Source: the human T2T-CHM13v2.0 reference genome, Homo sapiens. From it: a stretch of 64,000 bases of DNA. Positions 55,103-64,000 of this stretch are shown here, piece by piece. Numbering within the stretch: position 1 is the first letter of the stretch; each line of letters opens with the position of its first letter. Where the stretch lies: assembly GCF_009914755.1 (NCBI RefSeq), contig NC_060947.1; one strand, written 5' to 3'. A program made the position numbers and the translations under genes. The notes under the pieces were generated by a model. That model saw only the letters and a program-made list of their open reading frames with translations. It did no database searches and was not told where the DNA came from.

Positions 55103-55354
55103 TGATTAGCTGAAGCCCACAACGACTGCTATCTCAATTTACTGCCTTTGTACAAACCCTTACTACAGAGAGGACTGTATGTAAATGCTGGGTTTCATTA
55201 CGGTACAAAGGTCTTTGATAAATCTTTAAGTTAGTTTTTGTTGAACTAACAGAAAGAAAATTGCCAAAAAATATCTATTATAGCTTCCTGGTTGACCTAT
55301 CAAAAAGTGCTGCTTATGTATAAGCATTACTCTGCAGTTACCAAGACTCTATAG

Positions 55355-55568
55355 CAATACCATACAATAGAACTATCTGTGATGAAGGAAATTTTCTAAA
55401 CCTGTGCTGTCTAATACAGTAGCCATCAGTCACACGTGGTATTGAGCATTTGAAAGGTGCTAGCGCAACAGAGCAACCAAATTTTACTTTTTATTTAATA
55501 TTAATTTATTAAAATTGAAATGTAAACAGTTACATATGGCTATTTACTACTGTACTGGATAGTACAGC
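55355..55568. mobile_element. MER3-like DNA transposon
   Basis: tgtgctgtctaatacagtagcca ... ttgagcatttgaaa ... tggatagtacag. Confidence 0.7.
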
Positions 55569-55825
55569 TTTATACAGTATTAGAAAATGGCACTCCTAAA
55601 CAAACCTTTCGTAGTTATGCACAGTTCAGGAACACAAGTGACCAATCAGTAAGTCAGAGAATACTTTTGCAATTTGCAAAATTAATAAAGGCTGGGCGCG
55701 GTGGCTTATGCCTGTAATCCCAGCACTTTGGGAGGCCGAGGCGGGCGGATCACTTGAGGTCAGGAGTACAAAGCCAGCCTGGCCAACATGGTGAAATCCC
55801 GTCTCTACTAAAAATACAAAAATTA

Positions 55826-56068
<243 letters not shown>

Positions 56069-57964
56069 TTAACTGAATCACGTGGACTCGACTCACCATT
56101 TCTTAAATGGACTGCAATAAACTTACCCAAACATAGAATATTGCTTCTATTTGTATAGAATTTCTTCAACACACTTCACTGTGGGGAATTTGCTTTCTAG
56201 GGGTAGAAATAATTGAAGAAGCAATAGGGATGACTTCAGAATACATTCCCTCCTGAGTCTCTTCTCTGGATAGACATCCTCAGATAACAACAGTTACCAC
56301 TTTCCTCAGTACCTCCTTCAGTAGATGACAGCCAGGGTTAGAGTACAGGTGTGCCCCCTCAAAAGCCCCAGACCACAGAGCACAGATTTTCCACACAGCC
56401 TGGAGATCATGCAGTCTGTCTCATGTATCCTAATATTCAGTTTGAGAAAATGTCCTCATATTCAGTTCTGTGCTCAGAACGATGTAGTTTATTAAAGAAA
56501 GTATTGTTATCTAGAGGATTCTTTTTTTTTATTTTTTTTTAATGAAGTATTACAATTCCAGAGCTTAGTATGAATTAGGAGGAAAAAACTCGACACATGA
56601 AACATGTGGTAACCAAAATGGGGAAAATACATTTTCCATCATTCCATCATGACTAAGTTACCAAAGTAATTTTCTTTCTTTCTTTTTTCTCTTTTTTTTT
56701 TTGAGACAAGGTCTCACTTTGTCACCCAGGCTGGAGTGCAGTGGCGTGATCTTGGCTCACTGCAACCTCCGCCTCCCAGGCTCAAGTGATCCTCTTGCCT
56801 CAGGCCCCCAATAGCTGGGATTACAGGCATGCACAGCCACCACACTTGGTTAATTTTTGTATATTTTGTAGAGACGGGGTTTCACCATGTTGCCCAGGCT
56901 GGTCTTGAACTCCTGAGCTCAAGCGATTTGCCCGCCTTGGCCTCCAAATGTACTAGGATTACAGGTGTGAAACACTGTGCCTGGCCACAAAAGTAATTTT
57001 CTACCGCTTTCTGTGAACTCCCTTTTAATCACTTCCAAGGGAGTCATTACAAATTAAACTGTCACCCACCACTGAGGAGGTTAAGAATAGTGTCTGGGTA
57101 GGATGAGCACCTAGTTGTGTGAAAATAAAGTGTGTGGTGGACTCTGAAAGCCAAGGAAGTTGCAATCTCTGTTCTAGAAGTCCACTGAAGAGGCAGAATG
57201 GGAATTAGTTCCTTGAGGATGGTAGGTGTAACATGTTTTAACAAGGTGGCTGAACTACTCAAAAGAATACAGCCTTATCAGAAGCCAAACACATTCACTA
57301 ATGACCCTGCTGATGTTCCTAGTTCTAGGTTGTTTGGTGGGTCTTAAAACTTTAAATAGCCCTGCAAGGGGATGTGGTAAATCCACATGACCCCTCTCTG
57401 TTTTGACAGCTTGGCCCTGTCCAAATGAATCTTAGTCACCACTTTGGCTATTTTAGGCCCAAGTCTGATTCTGTGGCCCCGGGAGAAGTACAGCATGTGT
57501 TTCTTGTGATGGGGCAAGCCCAAGCTCTCTGGTGAAATGTTTGTATTTGGGCAATGAAAGGTTCAACCCCATACAGTGTAATGTCACATGAGGCCAAAGC
57601 AATTAGGTTTAGAATGACTTATAGAAAAGTTGACAAAAAAGTGTAATAATAGTTTCTTTGGGGAGGAAACTAACTTCAAAAACAGTTGACCAAATTTCAC
57701 TTTGAATAATAAAAGAGTTTTTTATTTGTAGGCTACACAGGTTTAGGTGGATATCAAGGCAAAAAGAATAAAAGTTTTGGGAAACTTCTTTGGCTACCAT
57801 CTCAATAATGGCTTATCATTAATAATTATTTTGGCCAAGGATTTTTAAAGCAAATAGAGAAGAGTCACTTTGAACCCTTGACTGCAAAATCAGTGAGAAG
57901 AAAGGCTAAAATGGGAATAATCAACACCAACAATGATATGTTAATATTTCCCTTGTTCTATAGT

Positions 57965-58170
57965 AGCATGGTTGAATAGATCCTTCTGTAATGATGGAAA
58001 TGTCCCAAGCTACATCTGTGCTGTCTAATATAGTAGCCACTAGCCAACTGTGGTTACTGAGCACTTGAAATGTGCTAGTGTGACTGGGAAACTGACCTTT
58101 TAATTTTATTTAATTTTAATTAATTTAAATTTAAATAGCTGCATGTGGCCAGTGGGTACCATGTTAAAAG
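57965..58170. mobile_element. MER3-like DNA transposon
   Basis: ctgtgctgtctaatatagtagccactagcca ... gagcacttgaaatgtg ... aatttaaatttaaatagc. Confidence 0.7.
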
Positions 58171-58840
58171 TTTCAGGTCTATAGGATAATATTGTAGCCT
58201 AATAGTTTCCTCAAAATTCATATAAATGTTTTTATAAGTCTAGAGTTATACATAATAATTCACTAATTTCAGGGGTTGAAAAATAAAATGGTATTATTAG
58301 AATTTATGGCATATCTGAAAATACTTAAGAAGAAAAGTTTTATAGTTGGCAGGAGTCATGTGACTAAGGAAGACTACTATCTAATCAACCACTTAGAGAA
58401 CAGTTAACATTTTTCAGTATCAAAAGTAAGTCAAACATAAATTAATTCTAAGAAGTTAAGATAATCAATTTCCCTTTGTTACTCTGGAGGGTTGGGTGGG
58501 GGATGGTCTCTCAGCATTTTCTCTCAGTGCTGAAAAGATTCCATTACTTTATGTCTGGTCTTTTTCAGAACCTTTTAAAGTCAAATGGACTCCCCATATG
58601 GGGTGATTACCAGTTTTCTTTTCTTCTTCTTCTTTTTTTTTTTTTTTTTTGGTGAGGTGGAGGATAGGGAGAGTAGTAAGAGGGAGAAAGACACCTAGGA
58701 AGAATAAAGAAGGTGAGAAAAGTGATCTGAGCTGAAAATATTTTCTAGTAGATCAAGGTAGTGTAAGATTTTATTTACTGCTTTCTGATAGTTGTTCAAT
58801 CCTAGTTCCAATTCTTTTTTTTTTTTTTTTTTTTTTTTGA

Positions 58841-59155
<315 letters not shown>

Positions 59156-59496
59156 TGAACTAAACATACATTTGTCAAAATATTTAAGTTTGAAAAAACA
59201 TGGTCTAGATTCATATTCAATAATAATGGATAATAATATATCTCTGCTATAAATTTAAGACAAATCTAAAATACAACTAATCTTCTATTATAATTTATTG
59301 TTCAGACTCATACTGATATACTACCTTAAATAATTTAAAAAGCCAAAATCTTATTGAAGTGGTGGTAATTTTTGGAAATGAGAATTTAGCTACAACAAAA
59401 ACAATGGCCAGCATTAGTACATATTTATGGGCACCAAAATAGAATAAAAACATGATCATTAACTATATCTGTTTGGCTTTTTTGCTGATTTGTTTA

Positions 59497-59586
<90 letters not shown>

Positions 59587-60302
59587 CTATGTAAGATGAA
59601 AGATAATGAACATATATAACCGTTTAAAAAAGTGCAGAAGCTTAATCTAAAACAAATAATAAAGCTAAAATTCTTAAATATAAAACTCAGATTGAATTTT
59701 AGATTGGAGATTTTATTCCATGATACTGGTAAGCAATCTGAAATGAGGGATATTAAGGTTAAACTGATAGTAATAAAATAATATTTCATTTTCAGCAATA
59801 AAGGGCTGAAATAATAGGTCACGTAAATTTCATATATATGGCTATGTGGCTAAAATAACAAATCGTAATTATTATAAAGGCATTGTTACTTTTTTTTTTT
59901 TGAGACAGGGTTTCACTCTGTCGCCCAGGTTGGCGTGCAGTGGCACAATCATACCTCACTGCAGCCTCAAACCCCTGGGCTCAAAGTGATCCTCCCACCT
60001 CAGCCTCCTGAGTAGCTGGGATATAAGTGCACCAGCCTGGCTAATTTTATTTTTTTTAATAGAGAAGGAGTATTGCTATGTTGCCCAGGTTGGTCTCAAA
60101 CTCCTGAGCTCAAGCGATCCTTCCGCCTCGGCCTCCCAGAGTGCTGGGATTTACAGGTGTAAGCCACTCTGCCTGGCCTCAGGTTACCTTTGACATGATT
60201 TGCCAGGTAAAACAAGCATTTGAAAAATCAATTCCACAACTGATTCAGCATTCTACGTTGTCATGGACTATAACAATTACAGACTCTTCTAATTAGGACA
60301 CG

Positions 60303-60335
<33 letters not shown>

Positions 60336-61885
60336 AGACAGGGTCTTCCTCTGTTGCCCAGGCTAGAGTGTAGTGGGCTGATCATAGCTCACTGCAAGCC
60401 AGGTGTGGTGGCTCACACCTGTAATCCCAGCACTTTGGGAGGCTGAGGCAGGAAGATTGTTGGAGCCTGGGAGGTTGAGGCTGTGGTGAGCTAGGATCTC
60501 ACCATTGTACTGCAGCTTAGGTGACAGCGTTAAGACCCTGTCTCAAAAATAAATGAATCCCCCATTATTTATTTATATATTTTTAGAGACAGGGTCTCAT
60601 TCTGTCGCCCAGGCTGGAGTGCAGTGGTGAGATCCTGGCTCACCACAGCCTCGACCTCCCTGGCTCAGGCAATCCTCCCACCTCAGCCTCCTGAGTAGCT
60701 GGGACTACAGGCAAGTGCCACCATGCCTGGCTAAGTTTTGTATTTTTTGTAGAGATGGGGTTTTGCCATGTTGCCCAGGCTGGTCTTGAACTCCTGGACT
60801 CACACGGGGTCCTCCCACCTTGGCCTCCCAAAGTGCTGGGATTACAGGTGTGAGCCACTGTGCCTGGTCCCTCATGTGTATTTTAAACCTCTTCTTACTC
60901 TTCTCCCCACTTTGGTCCTACTCTAATTTGCCAATGTATCTTGAGGATTCATATGCTATAAGCACTCATTAATTTCATAAATATTTCAAGAGCTGATTAT
61001 ATGCCAGGCATTGTCCTATGCATTTGGCATACATGAGGAAAACCAACAAAGATTCCAGCCCTCATGTAGATCATATTCTAGTGCAAGAAGATGAGAAAAC
61101 ACAAAAAAGGTAAATTGTAGAGTATGTCAAAAGTACTATGGAATAAGGCAAAAAAGTAAAGCAGGTAAGAGGGATTGGGTACCTTGATATTTAAAATAGG
61201 GTGGTTGGCTGGGTGTGGTGGCTCATACCTGTAATCCCAGCACTTTGGGAGGCTGAGATGGGAGGATCACTTGAGGCTAGGAGTTCAAGATCTAGCAAGA
61301 ACCTGTCTCTATGAAAAAATTAAAAAATTAGCCAGGCGTGGTGGCATGCACCTGTAATCCCAGCTACTTGGGAGGCTGAGGATTGCTTCAACCCATGAGG
61401 TCAGGGCTGCAGTGAGCCATGACTGCAACTGCACTCCAGCCTGGGCAACAGAGCATGACCCCATTTCTAAAAAACAAAAACAAAAACAAATTGGGTGGTC
61501 AGAGTAGGCCCAATGGAGAAAGTGACATTTAGAAGAGGTGAGGGAGTGGTCTAGGCAGAGAAAATAACCAATGCAAAGGCCCAATGGAGGGAGTATGTTT
61601 GGAATTTTCAAGAAGTAGCCAGGAGACCAATGTGTGTGAAGTGATGTGAAGGGGTCAAGGAGAATAGCGGGTCAGATCAGAGAGATGACAAGGCTGGGGT
61701 AGGCCATGCGGGCCTTTGGCTTTTATTCTGAGTAGGAGAGGAAGCCAGTGGAGGGTCTTGAGCTAGAGTGACATGATCTGACTTTATTTTTATAGATTCT
61801 GGGGTTACATATGCAGGTTTGCTATATGGTTATATTGCATAACAGTGAGGTTTGGCTTCTAGTGTGCCCATCATTCAAATAGTGA

Positions 61886-62233
<348 letters not shown>

Positions 62234-62499
62234 TGATCTGCCTGCCTTGGCCTCCCAAAGTGCTCGGATTACAGGCGCGAGCCACCACGCCCAGCCTTCA
62301 ACCCTGAACTGTAAATAAACATTAGTAGTTTTGCCGAGAATAGATTGGAAGGAGATGAGGGTTTAAAAAAAAAAAAAAAAGCGGGAAGACTAGTTAGGAG
62401 GCTTTTACAGTAATCCAGGTGAAAGATGATGGTGGATGAAACCAGCTGGAAATAATAAAAAGGGTGAAAGAGAGATAGACTCTGAATATATATTTTTTT

Positions 62500-63690
<1,191 letters not shown>

Positions 63691-64000
63691 TATGTTTAAG
63701 TTTACTACATATCTGACTGTGAACTCTATTTTTAGCAAACACCTTTTCTGCTCACCATTCACTAAGGTGATGTGGAAAGAGAGGTGAGGACAGAGTCAAA
63801 ATGTATTTTTTTAAATAAAATTATGCTTCAATTATGATATCAATTATTTTCTAAGCTAGTAAAATCACAAGATTTAAAAAAAAGTCTGCTAAGGTATCTC
63901 GTCTTTTTTTTTTTTTTTTTTTTTTTTTGAGACAGAGACTCACTCTTGTTGCCCAGGCTGGAGTGCAGTAGCATGATCTTGGCTCACTGCAACCTCCACA

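Overview
Hominid (most likely human X-chromosome) genomic DNA lying wholly inside CASK, which runs on the minus strand. Seven GT-AG exons were read from the sequence: 59503-59586, 49529-49628, an 18-nt microexon at 45541-45558, 32828-32949, 12442-12519, 9833-9913 and 1266-1454. They join into one open frame running from the end of the CaM-kinase-like domain through the L27 domains to the start of the PDZ domain (exons 9-15 in recalled numbering). The rest is intron, filled with about 50 Alus, old L1/L2/MLT/MER elements and one full-length SVA antisense to CASK. Almost all supplied ORFs are Alu or SVA artefacts. I found no convincing new biological system. The best leads are: the microexon's SRRM4-type and RBFOX motifs; a candidate poison exon beside it; two putative retroposed mRNA 3' ends that put poly(A) signals into CASK introns; the SVA's higher-order hexamer head; a run of about 18 same-orientation Alus; and a perfect 18-bp inverted repeat. 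Repeat boundaries and subfamilies were assigned by eye and are approximate.
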